A stretch of DNA of 64,000 nt from Acidimicrobiia bacterium (GCA_049317385.1 JBMOIJ010000001.1:468-64467); one strand, 5' to 3'. Counted from the first letter of the stretch, positions 18,047 to 27,578 are shown. Notes: a model not told the origin generated them from the sequence alone. Made by a program: numbers and translations.

Positions 18047-19192
18047 TCAGCGCCCGACGCCGCCAGCGCTCCCCGGCTGGGGATGCTCGGGCCCGTCGGA
18101 CGCCACGGTCCTCGGCGCGTTGACCACGTAGTCCTTCTCGACGGTGCCGACCTCGGCCGAACCCCGCAGGTACGAACCCTTGTGGACCGTGCCGTGGCGC
18201 CCTGGAATCCCGAACATCGGCCGCTCCGGCGTGTACGTGACGTTGTGGCCCCGCACGGTGTGGAGCGCCTGCGCGAACGACTGGCCGCTGCGCAACGCGT
18301 CCTCGACGACTCGCCGGAGGTCGTCGGTGAGCGTGACCTCTTCGTAGCGACCGAGCGCACCACCGTGCTGCTTGCGGAACTTCTTCGCGAGCTTTTCGCT
18401 CGGGTCGCGCGTGACGCGCTCGACACCCTTTTCGAGATTCAGGAACGCCCATGTGGCCAGGAGCGGTCGCGTCAACCCGCCCACGGTGAGGAGGTTGTCG
18501 GCCTCCAACCCAGCGGTGATGTTGATCTCGTTGTTGTAGCTGGTGGCCGGGATGGCCCACGCCCCCATGGCGTCGAGCCGCAGCACGTCGCCGATCTTGT
18601 CGGTCGCGAACGCGATGGCCCCGAGGAAGACGATGTCGTCCTTCGTGGGCTCGACGTAGAGATCCATTTGGTACGCAAACGCTTCACCATCGACCAAGGC
18701 GGACGGGTCGGATCCATCCACGACGTCGACGACCGCTCGGAACTGAGCCAGATCGAAGTCGCTCACCTTCGCGCCCCACGAGTGATAGCGCTGGAAGTCG
18801 AGGTACTTGAAGCCCGGCACCTGGGTCTCGATCCAGAACTCGTCGTAGGGACGCGCGAGCGGCGGCACCGCTTCAAGGAGGTGACGGTCGATCCCGGCCA
18901 ACCACTTCGGAACCCAGTCGCTGGCGATTGCATGCACGTCGAGGTTGCCGGTCTCGATACGCGGCGCCCGCCGCGCCCGTTGCTGCTCGAGTTCGTAACG
19001 ATCGACCGCTGCCCCCACCTGGTAGTCGCTGGCGTTGGGGGCGAGCCCAGGAAACCGCGAGCCATCAGGGCCCACGGGCGCCAACTTCCCGGCCTGAACC
19101 AGCGGGCCAGCATTGTCGGGGTCGCGCATGAAGTCGGCCAGGCGGGACGGCCGAGCGCCGAAGGTACGGAGGCGATCAATGAGACGGCTCAT
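18047..19192 (-). CDS. Hypothetical soluble protein (~381 aa) inserted between rplA and rplJ
   Basis: A long ORF in the same orientation as the flanking r-protein genes. I prefer the ATG at 19190-19192 (MSRLIDRL...). The longest ORF starts with TTG at 19228. There are no TM segments and no motif I can assign. The C-terminus has ...HTVRGHNVTYTPERPMFGIPGRHGTVHKGSYLRG. Confidence 0.6.
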   Translation of the reverse strand: MSRLIDRLRTFGARPSRLADFMRDPDNAGPLVQAGKLAPVGPDGSRFPGLAPNASDYQVGAAVDRYELEQQRARRAPRIETGNLDVHAIASDWVPKWLAGIDRHLLEAVPPLARPYDEFWIETQVPGFKYLDFQRYHSWGAKVSDFDLAQFRAVVDVVDGSDPSALVDGEAFAYQMDLYVEPTKDDIVFLGAIAFATDKIGDVLRLDAMGAWAIPATSYNNEINITAGLEADNLLTVGGLTRPLLATWAFLNLEKGVERVTRDPSEKLAKKFRKQHGGALGRYEEVTLTDDLRRVVEDALRSGQSFAQALHTVRGHNVTYTPERPMFGIPGRHGTVHKGSYLRGSAEVGTVEKDYVVNAPRTVASDGPEHPQPGSAGGVGR

Positions 19193-19257
19193 GCGCCTAT
19201 TGTCCGGTTTCCTGCAGTTTTGGGGCAAGTCTGGGGCTCAGCGAGCCCCAGACCCCC

Positions 19258-19965
19258 TCACACTGCGGCTTCGGTCTGGATGCGGTTCGGGTCGATCTTG
19301 ATGCCCGGGCCCATGGTGGAGCTGAGCGAGACGCCCTTGATGTAGCGACCCTTCGCGGCCGACGGCTTGGCCCGCACGATCTCGTCGTGCACCGCTTCGA
19401 GGTTCTGGGCCAGCTTGTCGGCGTCGAAGCTCACCTTGCCGATGGGCACGTGCACGTTGCCATGACGGTCGGTGCGGTATTCCACCCGGCCACCCTTGAA
19501 CTCGGTGACCGCCTTGGCGACGTCGGTGGTGACAGTGCCGGTCTTGGGGTTCGGCATGAGGCCACGCGGACCGAGCACTCGACCGAGCTTTCCGACCTGC
19601 GCCATGAGGTCGGGCGTGGCGATGGCAAGGTCGAAGTCCATGAAGCCGCCTTCGACCCGGGCAACCAGGTCTTCGGCACCCACAACATCGGCGCCCGCTT
19701 CTTCGGCCGCGCGCGCCGCGTCGCCCGCGGCGAACACGGCGATGCGCACGGTCTTGCCCGTGCCGTTCGGCAACGCGACGGTGCCGCGCACCACCTGGTC
19801 GGCCTTGCGCGGGTCGACGCCCAAACGGAACGCAACGTCGACGGTCTCATCGAACTTGCGCTTGGCGAAGGACTTCACCTTCTCGATGGCCTCGGGGCCC
19901 GAGAACAACTGTTCGCGGTCGAAGGTCTTCGCCGCGTCGGAGTAGAGCTTTCCGTGCTTGGTCAT
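19258..19965 (-). CDS. rplA: 50S ribosomal protein L1
   Basis: 235-aa [16 protein letters not shown]...[34 protein letters not shown] overlap with the rplK stop. Confidence 0.96.
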   Translation of the reverse strand: MTKHGKLYSDAAKTFDREQLFSGPEAIEKVKSFAKRKFDETVDVAFRLGVDPRKADQVVRGTVALPNGTGKTVRIAVFAAGDAARAAEEAGADVVGAEDLVARVEGGFMDFDLAIATPDLMAQVGKLGRVLGPRGLMPNPKTGTVTTDVAKAVTEFKGGRVEYRTDRHGNVHVPIGKVSFDADKLAQNLEAVHDEIVRAKPSAAKGRYIKGVSLSSTMGPGIKIDPNRIQTEAAV

Positions 19966-20393
19966 CAGCCGACCACCTCGATGCCCATCGAGCGCGCCGT
20001 GCCCTCGATCTGCTTCATCGCGCCTTCCATGTCGACCGCGTTGAGGTCGGGCATCTTGGTTTCGGCGATCTGACGCACCTGGTCGCGGGTGACCGAACCA
20101 ACCTTGGTGGTGCGAGGGTTGGACGAACCCTTGTCGAGCCCCGCGGCCTGACGCAGCAGCACCGGCGCCGGCGGAGTCTTGAGAACGAACGTGAACGACC
20201 GGTCTTCGTAGATGCTGATCTCGACCGGCACCACGGTGCCCTTTTGGCCTTCTGTCTGCGCGTTGTACGCCTTACAGAAGTCCATGATGTTGACGCCGTG
20301 CGGACCGAGAGCGGTACCGACCGGCGGAGCGGGCGTCGCGCCTCCAGCTTGAATCTGGATCTTCACGACGGCCGCAAGCTTCTTGCGAGCCAT
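19965..20393 (-). CDS. rplK: 50S ribosomal protein L11
   Basis: Trimmed to the ATG at 20391-20393, giving [44 protein letters not shown]. Confidence 0.95.
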   Translation of the reverse strand: MARKKLAAVVKIQIQAGGATPAPPVGTALGPHGVNIMDFCKAYNAQTEGQKGTVVPVEISIYEDRSFTFVLKTPPAPVLLRQAAGLDKGSSNPRTTKVGSVTRDQVRQIAETKMPDLNAVDMEGAMKQIEGTARSMGIEVVG

Positions 20394-20496
20394 GATGCTG
20401 TGTTCCTTTCGCGAACGGATTCGCTCCGACTGGCCGGCCCGGTGGCCGGCTCGACGTTTCCCGCCGTGGCGTCGTCCTCCACGGCGGCCGCCCACA

Positions 20497-20814
20497 CTAG
20501 CCGCTCGGCTTTCCGAGCCCTTTGGGGAGCCGGCGGCGCACATGCCCGAGCGCCCGCTCCGCCCACACCACGTCGCGGGCCAGCAGCGCCAACCCGGCCA
20601 CAATCACCAGCAGCCCGGGACCAGGCAGTACCAGCATGGCAACCCCCGCCAACAGGACAACGAAGCCGGCTCCCATCCGAACCAGCCGGACCACGACGTG
20701 GCTCCGTGCCTGGTCCATCGTCTCCTCGCGAGGCCCGGTCTCGAGTTCGGCCGCAATCGCCGCGTCCCGGAGGCGCTCGGGCAGGTGATCCGCAGAGTCC
20801 GTGTGCGCCGTCAT
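20497..20814 (-). CDS. PGPGW-motif small membrane protein
   Basis: Two hydrophobic helices flank [27 protein letters not shown], the PGPGW-family pattern. The ATG at 20812-20814 lies 2 nt after the upstream stop. Confidence 0.6.
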   Translation of the reverse strand: MTAHTDSADHLPERLRDAAIAAELETGPREETMDQARSHVVVRLVRMGAGFVVLLAGVAMLVLPGPGLLVIVAGLALLARDVVWAERALGHVRRRLPKGLGKPSG

Positions 20815-20816
20815 CG

Positions 20817-21869
20817 TCAGTACCGCAGCTTCAAGGCAACCCGCCCGTGGCCGGCGAGTGAACCGTCGGGGACCACGGTGCAACGACCACGTTTGGCCAG
20901 CACGACTTCGATGAGTTCGTCGACGAGGTCGTCGACGACCCCGGGCGCATCACGGTCGATCGCGCGGATCGGGTGTCCCGTGACCGAATCGACGTACGCG
21001 GGGTACTCGAAGCTCTCTTCGACCAGGAGCAGATCACCCCGCCCGTGACTGGCGAGGAGCCATACCTCTTCGATACCGAACGCAATCCGCGTCCCTGCTG
21101 CGGATTCGAGTTCGGCGCGCGCCTCGATCACCTCTTCCGCCAAGAGCTGTTCGACCACAGGTCCGACCAACGCGGCCAGCACAGTCGGGTCGGGGAAGTC
21201 CTTAGTGGCACGCACCACACCCGACACCGCCATGCGGAGTTCGCTGCGCGCCATCACCTGCGACACACGCGGCTCGGCCCCTACCAGCACGATCGGCAAG
21301 GGGTCATCGCGGTGATGCGCACGGAAGATCGCATCGAGACGCCGCACGTAACGCCCTAGGCGCTCGTCCCGATCGAACGAACGCTCGGAGTCGGCCGCAT
21401 CGGGATCGGGGATCAACGGAAACCCTCCCCCTCTCACCTCCGACAGACCGAAGCCGAGCCCTTCGTAGCAACGCGTGACGCGCTCACTCAAGGTCACGAC
21501 GCGGTATCGGGGGCTGCACTGGCGCGCCCGCACCAGGTCTCTGGTCGCGAACGTCTCGTCGACCACCACGCGTTCACGCACTCGGACCGGCAAAGGCTCG
21601 ATCTGCTGCAACCGCTCGTTGACATACACCGCAATCCCGCGCTGGCCGGGTTGCACCTCGACCGACTCGATCAACTTCTCCAGGTCAGCGACCAGGTGCG
21701 CGCAACGATCGTCACCGAACTCGCGTGCCAACCGCCCCGCCGCATCTCGGCCGAGCGCACGGAGCCGCTGCCGCACGATCGACGCCGGTTGGTCGTCGAC
21801 AGGCACGAGCAGCGAAACGGACGGGTACGCCACCGAACCTTGAATGAACGCAACATCGAGAGAGGTCAT
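20817..21869 (-). CDS. eRF1/Pelota-like protein (bacterial aeRF1-like, baeRF-type); no GGQ motif
   Basis: 350 aa. It has an N-terminal ...SLLVPVD.. block and a central ...YRVVTLSERVTRCYEG.. block. The C-terminus reads ...AFGIEEVWLLASHGRGDLLLVEE...VDDLVDELIEVVLAKRGRCTVVP...VALKLRY. This is the layout I associate with baeRF families, recognised by eye only. Confidence 0.45.
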   Translation of the reverse strand: MTSLDVAFIQGSVAYPSVSLLVPVDDQPASIVRQRLRALGRDAAGRLAREFGDDRCAHLVADLEKLIESVEVQPGQRGIAVYVNERLQQIEPLPVRVRERVVVDETFATRDLVRARQCSPRYRVVTLSERVTRCYEGLGFGLSEVRGGGFPLIPDPDAADSERSFDRDERLGRYVRRLDAIFRAHHRDDPLPIVLVGAEPRVSQVMARSELRMAVSGVVRATKDFPDPTVLAALVGPVVEQLLAEEVIEARAELESAAGTRIAFGIEEVWLLASHGRGDLLLVEESFEYPAYVDSVTGHPIRAIDRDAPGVVDDLVDELIEVVLAKRGRCTVVPDGSLAGHGRVALKLRY

Positions 21870-22744
21870 GACCGAACTCCTTCCATCTGCGGACTTCGCA
21901 TCCTGCGGAGACGCTCGACGCGCTCCTCGATCGGGGGATGGGTCATGAACAGCCGCGCGAACTGCACGCGCTTGCCGGTGATCGGGTTGACAATGAACGC
22001 GCTCGCCTGAGCCGGCTGCAGATCCATCGGCACCTGCTGCGAGCGCGCTTCGAGCGTCAGTAATGCTTGGGCCAGCGGCTCCCCATCGCCGATGATCTCC
22101 GCGCCACCTCGGTCGGCCTCGAACTCGCGAGCCCGACTCAGCGCCAACTGCAGGATCGTGGCCGCAACGGGAGCCAGAAACGCAATGAGCAGCGTCGCGA
22201 ACGGATTCTGCCCCTCGTCATCGTCACTGGAACCGAACATGCCAGCGAACAATGCAATGTTGGCCAAGGCCGAAATTCCTGTTGCGATTGCCGCGGCCAC
22301 CGACCCAATGAGGATGTCGCGATTTCGGATGTGAGCCATCTCGTGCGCAAGGACAGCCCGCACCTGGTCCGGTGGGCAGAACGTCATCAGCCCTTCGGTC
22401 ACGGCGACCGCAGCGTGCTTGGGACTGCGACCAGTTGCGAACGCGTTGGGCTGCGGCGACGGCGACACGTACACCCGCGGCTTCGGAAGATTCGCGCGCT
22501 GCGCCAACTCCTCGACCATCGCATGCAGCTGCGGCGCCGACGCTTCGTCGACCTCGTGCGCTCCCGCCGCCCGAACGGCCAGGCGATCGGAGAACCAGTA
22601 GGTGAACCCAACGAGGGCCAAACCAATGGCCAAACCGATCAGCGCACCCGAAGCTCCGCCAACCAAGCTCCCGACGGCCACGAGGAGACCACCGGCCGCC
22701 GCCAGCAGGACGAACGTCTTCACCGTGTTCTTGAACGCCATCAT
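21866..22744 (-). CDS. htpX: Zinc metalloprotease HtpX (M48 family)
   Basis: 292 aa with N-terminal TM helices, the zinc motif HEMAHIRNRD, ...EFEADRGGAEI... and ...MTHPPIEERVERL. Confidence 0.9.
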   Translation of the reverse strand: MMAFKNTVKTFVLLAAAGGLLVAVGSLVGGASGALIGLAIGLALVGFTYWFSDRLAVRAAGAHEVDEASAPQLHAMVEELAQRANLPKPRVYVSPSPQPNAFATGRSPKHAAVAVTEGLMTFCPPDQVRAVLAHEMAHIRNRDILIGSVAAAIATGISALANIALFAGMFGSSDDDEGQNPFATLLIAFLAPVAATILQLALSRAREFEADRGGAEIIGDGEPLAQALLTLEARSQQVPMDLQPAQASAFIVNPITGKRVQFARLFMTHPPIEERVERLRRMRSPQMEGVRS

Positions 22745-22753
22745 CGTGACTCC

Positions 22754-23053
22754 TCAGAAGTCGAAGAGCTCGCCGAGGAAGCTCTCTTTCTTCCTCTTCT
22801 TTCCGTAGTAGCGGTAGTCATCGTCGTAGTGGCGCCGGTCGTCGTAGTGGCGCCGGTCGTCGCGTCGATCCCGGTAGCGGTCATCCCCGCCGCCCCGCGC
22901 GGCCACCGGCTCCGGCGAGGGCACACTGCGCTCAATGAGCTTGTCGAGTTCGCCTCGATCGAGCCAAACACCCCGACACTCCGGGCAGTAGTCGATTTCA
23001 ATTCCTTGACGATCACTGATTGCCAGCTGTCCATGTCCCTGTGGGCACTGCAT
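22754..23053 (-). CDS. TFIIB-type zinc-ribbon protein with Arg/Asp/Tyr-rich tail
   Basis: MQCPQGHG...IDYCPECRGVWLDRGELDKL (two Cys/His pairs), ending in ...KKRKKESFLGELFDF. The longest ORF starts with TTG at 23068. Confidence 0.65.
   Translation of the reverse strand: MQCPQGHGQLAISDRQGIEIDYCPECRGVWLDRGELDKLIERSVPSPEPVAARGGGDDRYRDRRDDRRHYDDRRHYDDDYRYYGKKRKKESFLGELFDF
22821..22856. repeat. Perfect 18-bp tandem duplication inside the Zn-ribbon gene
   Basis: tcgtcgtagtggcgccgg occurs twice in a row, followed by a partial third copy. It is in-frame and encodes DDRRHY DDRRHY. Confidence 0.9.
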
Positions 23054-23064
23054 GGGAGTTCCTT

Positions 23065-25752
23065 TCAAGGTTCGAGATCGATGACCACCGGCTCGGGGTT
23101 ACGCCGGCGATCGATGAACTTCAACACTTCGGAAACCGCGATGATGGAGCTCGCCACCGCAAGCATCAGGAGCCAATCGAGCACCGAAAGCTGCGCAGCG
23201 ATCTCGTCGCCGGTGATGAGCCGCTGCAACGGCGACCACAGCACTGCGAGCACCTGCAGCCCCGCGACGACTGCCAGCGCCCACCAGAGTCGTGCGTTGC
23301 GCAACGTGTGTGAGCCGAACACGCTCAGACGATCGAATCGAGCGTTGAAGAGGTTGAACATCTGGAAGAGCACGAACGTGGTGAACGCCATCGTGGCCGC
23401 TCGAGCGTGCGCAATTTCCGAGATCTCACCAAGCTGGCCCGCGGCGTAGAAGTACACGCCGATCGTTCCCACCATCATCACCGTGGCGAGGGCGACGAGT
23501 CGCCGAATCCGTCGACCGTCGAGGATCTGCGCGTTGGCATTGCGCGGCGCACGGCGCATCGTGTCGGGATCGGGTGGGTCGACACCGAGGGCCAAGGCCG
23601 GGGGCCCGTCCATGATGATGTTCACCCAGAGCAGTGCGACCGGCGTGAAGAACACGCCGCCCCCGGCAGGGATCGCGAACAGGGTGGCAGTGAGAATCGT
23701 GAGGATTGCGCCCATGTTCGTGGCGAGCTGAAAGCGCACGAACTTCGTGATGTTGTCGTAGATCGTGCGTCCGCCCCGCACAGCATCGACGATCGTGGCG
23801 AAGTTGTCGTCGGTGAGCACCATCGCCGCCGCTTCCTTGGTGACCTCCGTTCCCGTGATCCCCATGGCGACGCCGATATCGGCGCTCTTCAGTGCCGGCG
23901 CATCGTTCACCCCGTCGCCAGTCATGGCAACCACATCACCGCGGGCGCGAAGCGCATTCACCAAGCGCACCTTGTGCTCCGGCGCAACCCGTGCGAACAC
24001 GGCGATGTCGTCGACTCGGCGAGTGAGTTCTTCATCGCTCATCTGGTCGAGATCGGCGCCGGTTACGACATCGCCACGAAGCCCCAACGAGCGCCCGATG
24101 ACACCGGCAGTGACGGCGTGGTCGCCAGTGATCATCTTCACGGCAATGCCGGCGCGGCGGCACAACGCAATGGCATCGCGCGCTTCGGGCCGCTGAGGAT
24201 CCTGGATACCGAACAGCCCGTCGAGCTGGAGGTCGGATGCGAAGGCATCGAGTGCATCGGATCGGAAGTCCGCGACTGGGATTCGCCGCGTCGCTACCGC
24301 CAGCACTCGCAGGCCGTCGCCAGCGAAGGCCTCGTTCGCATCCGTCGCTCGACGCCGCATGTCGGCATCGGCCACTCGCCGCAACACGACGTCGGGGGCA
24401 CCCTTGACGATCGCAAGAACGTCGTTGCCGTCGGAATGAAACGTCGCCATGAACTTGTGTGCAGAGTCGAACGGGATCTCGGCGATTCGCGGGAATCGCT
24501 CATGGAGCGCCGGAAGATCGAAGCCGCCAGCTGCTCCGAGCAACGCTCCTTCGGTCGGGTCCCCCACAACCCGACCGTCATCGAGCCGCGCGTCGTTGCA
24601 GAGCGCGCCTGCCCTGACCAGCGCTCGGGCGCTCTCGGGCGGTCCGGCCTCGCCAATCGCGTGCGCATCACCGTCGCGCCAACACGCAACGGCGGTCATC
24701 CGGTTCATCGTGAGCGTGCCGGTCTTGTCGGTGCAGATCACGGTCGTGCAGCCGAGCGTTTCGACAGACGCCAGCCGCTTCACGATCGCGTGACGCTTCG
24801 CCATCTGATGGGTACCGATGGCAAGCGTCACGGTGAGCACCGCAGGGAGCCCCTCGGGAATCGCCGCGACGGCAAGCGCCACTGCCTGCAAGAGCGTGTC
24901 GGAGAACGACTGGCGTCGGATCAGCCCGACGATGGTGACGGCGAAGACGGCCGCACCCGCAATGAGGGTGAGACGCATGGCCAGACGATCGATCTGGCGC
25001 TGGAGCGGCGTCTTGCCCGGATCGGCGTCTCGCAACATCCCTGCGACGCGCCCAATCTCGGTGTCGGCGCCGGTTGCGGTCACGACCATCTCCCCGCGAC
25101 CACGGGTCACGGTGGTGTTCATGAATCCCATCGAGCGCCGCTCGCTCAGCGCCGCCGCCTGCGCGACCGGTTCCGTCTGCTTGGCCACCGGCAACGATTC
25201 GCCGGTGAAGGCCGCCTCGTCGACTTCGAGGTCGGTGGCCGCCACCCACCGACCGTCGGCCGGGACTCGATCGCCCGGCGACACCAAGACCACGTCACCC
25301 GGAACGATCTCCGCAGCGGGAACCTCAATGACGTGGCCATCGCGCCGGACCCGGGCGGTGGTCACGAGCATTCGCTTGAGTGCCGCGAGGCTCGATTCAG
25401 CGCGCGACTCCTGTACGAATCCGAGCAACGCGTTGATGATCACGACCACCGCAATGATGATCGGATCTTTCAGCTCTCCACCTACGACGTAGGCGACCAC
25501 CGCCGCCACCAACAACACGAGGACAAGGCGGTTGGTGAACTGCTCGGCGAGGAGCTTCCACTTCGACTTGGGCGGAGCCGACGCAAGTTCGTTGCGGCCG
25601 TACGCGTCGATCCGTGCAGCTGCCTCGGCCGCCGTCAGGCCGGCAGAAACCGAGACCTGGAGACCGCGTTGCACCGCGTCAGGGGCCTGAGACCACGACG
25701 GGAGCGCGCCGTCGCTCGGGACAGCTGTCGAATCAGTTGCAGTCGAAACCAC
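23065..25752 (-). CDS. P2-type cation-transporting ATPase (Ca2+/CtpF-like)
   Basis: 895 aa with ICTDKTGTLTMNRM (phosphorylation site), AIPEGLPAV in TM4, MITGDH, and VAMTGDGVNDAPALKSADIGVAMG. The start is a GTG with GAAGGGAA upstream. Confidence 0.9.
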   Translation of the reverse strand: MVSTATDSTAVPSDGALPSWSQAPDAVQRGLQVSVSAGLTAAEAAARIDAYGRNELASAPPKSKWKLLAEQFTNRLVLVLLVAAVVAYVVGGELKDPIIIAVVVIINALLGFVQESRAESSLAALKRMLVTTARVRRDGHVIEVPAAEIVPGDVVLVSPGDRVPADGRWVAATDLEVDEAAFTGESLPVAKQTEPVAQAAALSERRSMGFMNTTVTRGRGEMVVTATGADTEIGRVAGMLRDADPGKTPLQRQIDRLAMRLTLIAGAAVFAVTIVGLIRRQSFSDTLLQAVALAVAAIPEGLPAVLTVTLAIGTHQMAKRHAIVKRLASVETLGCTTVICTDKTGTLTMNRMTAVACWRDGDAHAIGEAGPPESARALVRAGALCNDARLDDGRVVGDPTEGALLGAAGGFDLPALHERFPRIAEIPFDSAHKFMATFHSDGNDVLAIVKGAPDVVLRRVADADMRRRATDANEAFAGDGLRVLAVATRRIPVADFRSDALDAFASDLQLDGLFGIQDPQRPEARDAIALCRRAGIAVKMITGDHAVTAGVIGRSLGLRGDVVTGADLDQMSDEELTRRVDDIAVFARVAPEHKVRLVNALRARGDVVAMTGDGVNDAPALKSADIGVAMGITGTEVTKEAAAMVLTDDNFATIVDAVRGGRTIYDNITKFVRFQLATNMGAILTILTATLFAIPAGGGVFFTPVALLWVNIIMDGPPALALGVDPPDPDTMRRAPRNANAQILDGRRIRRLVALATVMMVGTIGVYFYAAGQLGEISEIAHARAATMAFTTFVLFQMFNLFNARFDRLSVFGSHTLRNARLWWALAVVAGLQVLAVLWSPLQRLITGDEIAAQLSVLDWLLMLAVASSIIAVSEVLKFIDRRRNPEPVVIDLEP

Positions 25753-25951
25753 CGGGTTCCCTTCATCAGGTTCCCGGAGGTCTCTCCCGCCACAGCGAAC
25801 TGCGGCCGACGGTGCCGGGCGCTCATAAAGCGCCGAGGTGACGACACCGTTGCAGGGGATACTCCCCTCCGACAGGTTGTGTTCGGCGCAGTATGAAGCT
25901 CCGGATGAATCCCGTCAAGGGAAACCGGAACTTGGCTGCGCCTTTGGGTCG

Positions 25952-26644
25952 CTAGAGCTTGGCGACCTGGCCGAACTCGAGCTCGACGGGAGTCTCGCGG
26001 CCGAAGATGTTCACGAGCACCTTGAGCTTGGACTTGTCGACGTCGATCTCGGAAATTGCGCCGTTGAAGTCCGCGAACGGACCCGCAACCACTCGCACCT
26101 GCTCGCCCACTTCGAACTCGAGACGAGGCCGCACCTTCTTCTCGACGACGATGCCGCCTTCGACTTCGACTTCGCCGGCACCGAGGATGTTCTCGACTTC
26201 CTTGCGTGACAGCGGCGTGGGCTTCGCGCCGTTGCCCACGAAGCCGGTGACACCCGGTGTGTTGCGCACGACGTACCAACTGTCGTCGTTCAGGTTCATG
26301 CGCACCAGCACGTAACCCGGGAAGACCTTCTTCTGGACGACGACCTTGCGGCCCTGTTTGAACTCGATGACGTCTTCCATGGGGATGACGACCTCGTAGA
26401 TGCGCTCCTCCATGTTCATGGAGTGGATACGGTTCTCGAGGTTGGACTTCACCTTGTTCTCGTAGCCCGCGTATGAGTGGATGACGAACCACTTGCCGGG
26501 GCGGTCGTACGGGCTCTCGGCGCGGGGGGCCGGCACTTCGGCTTCGGCTTCCGCCTCGCCTTCGAACTCGTCGGCGAACGTGAGGACCTCTTCGCCCTCT
26601 TCGGTCGCTTCGGCTTCATCGCTGGGTGCAAAAGGATCAGTCAT
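25952..26644 (-). CDS. nusG: Transcription termination/antitermination factor NusG (acidic N-terminal extension)
   Basis: ...[20 protein letters not shown]...[10 protein letters not shown]...[13 protein letters not shown]... with a KOW region at the C-terminus. Confidence 0.95.
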   Translation of the reverse strand: MTDPFAPSDEAEATEEGEEVLTFADEFEGEAEAEAEVPAPRAESPYDRPGKWFVIHSYAGYENKVKSNLENRIHSMNMEERIYEVVIPMEDVIEFKQGRKVVVQKKVFPGYVLVRMNLNDDSWYVVRNTPGVTGFVGNGAKPTPLSRKEVENILGAGEVEVEGGIVVEKKVRPRLEFEVGEQVRVVAGPFADFNGAISEIDVDKSKLKVLVNIFGRETPVELEFGQVAKL

Positions 26645-26649
26645 CGGGC

Positions 26650-26934
26650 TTACTTGTAGATGAATCGGACAAGTTGGTTGGCGCCGTTGTCGACCAGAAA
26701 GATGAACACCGTCATGAGCACGACGGCGATCATCACCACGATGGTGGAGTTCACGACTTCACGCCGGGTGGGCCAGGCAACCTTGCGGAGCTCTTCGACG
26801 ACCTCGCGGAGGAACTGCCGCGGCGGGGTGCGCTCTTGTTGCGGGGAGTTCGGCGTGGGGCGCGCTTGAGCGGGTCGCCGTTGGTCGGCGCCCTGCTTGG
26901 CCATCATCCGCTTCTGTTCGCGGTTCATGTTCAC
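26650..26934 (-). CDS. secE: Preprotein translocase subunit SecE
   Basis: 94 aa with ...[32 protein letters not shown]... It sits between tRNA-Trp and nusG. The start is either the GTG at 26934 or the ATG at 26928. Confidence 0.88.
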   Translation of the reverse strand: MNMNREQKRMMAKQGADQRRPAQARPTPNSPQQERTPPRQFLREVVEELRKVAWPTRREVVNSTIVVMIAVVLMTVFIFLVDNGANQLVRFIYK

Positions 26935-26965
26935 GGCGATCGCCTCGTACGCGTGGGGTTGGCAG

Positions 26966-27038
26966 CAGGGCAGGAGGGACTCGAACCCCCAACCGCCGGT
27001 TTTGGAGACCGGTGCTCTACCAATTGAGCTACTGCCCT
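26966..27038 (-). tRNA. trpT: tRNA-Trp (anticodon CCA)
   Basis: I folded a 73-nt cloverleaf by hand. Acceptor AGGGCAG/CTGCCCT, anticodon loop CTCCAAA, T-loop TTCGAGT. CCA is not encoded. Confidence 0.9.
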
Positions 27039-27158
27039 CGGTTGGGCCTCGGCCGGGAGGTCCGGAATCGGCAGGTTAGCAGCGCTTGTGGCGCCACTCC
27101 CCGTCGATCGGCCCTTCGCCCCGGGCCGAGGCGACCCAAGGCCAGGGCGGCCTACGGA

Positions 27159-27323
27159 CTAGCGGGTCTCTTTGTGGAGCGTGTGGCGCCGCTCGAACCG
27201 GCAGTACTTCTTGAGCTCGATGCGCTCACGATCGTTGATCTTGTTCTTGATCGTGATGTAGTTGCGGCGCTTGCAGTCCTGGCACTCCAGGATCACCTGC
27301 ACCCGCTTGTCGTTCTTGGGCAT
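27159..27323 (-). CDS. rpmG: 50S ribosomal protein L33
   Basis: Trimmed to the ATG at 27321-27323, giving MPKNDKRVQVILECQDCKRRNYITIKNKINDRERIELKKYCRFERRHTLHKETR (54 aa). Confidence 0.93.
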   Translation of the reverse strand: MPKNDKRVQVILECQDCKRRNYITIKNKINDRERIELKKYCRFERRHTLHKETR

Positions 27324-27399
27324 TCCGGTTCTGCTCCACTCGCTGGGCCGCCCGGAAACCACCCAGGGGACCTGTTCAATTCGGTTGGTTGTGGGTCGG

Positions 27400-27473
27400 T
27401 AGCGGGGGCGGGACTTGAACCCGCGACACCACGATTATGAGCCGTGTGCTCTGACCACCTGAGCTACCCCGCC
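27400..27473 (-). tRNA. metT: tRNA-Met, elongator type (anticodon CAT)
   Basis: A 74-nt cloverleaf with acceptor GGCGGGG/CCCCGCT and anticodon loop CTCATAA. The anticodon stem lacks the three G-C pairs of an initiator tRNA. Confidence 0.85.
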
Positions 27474-27505
27474 AGGGTGCCTGGGATCGTGAAATCCCAG
27501 GTGGG

Positions 27506-27578
<73 letters not shown>

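Noticed and set aside
27480-27501. 8-bp hairpin CCTGGGAT-6nt-ATCCCAGG between tRNA-Met and tRNA-Thr, considered as a terminator.
   Set aside because: It has no U-tract and sits in a 32-nt spacer between two co-oriented tRNAs that are most likely cotranscribed. It is more plausibly a processing-related or incidental structure.
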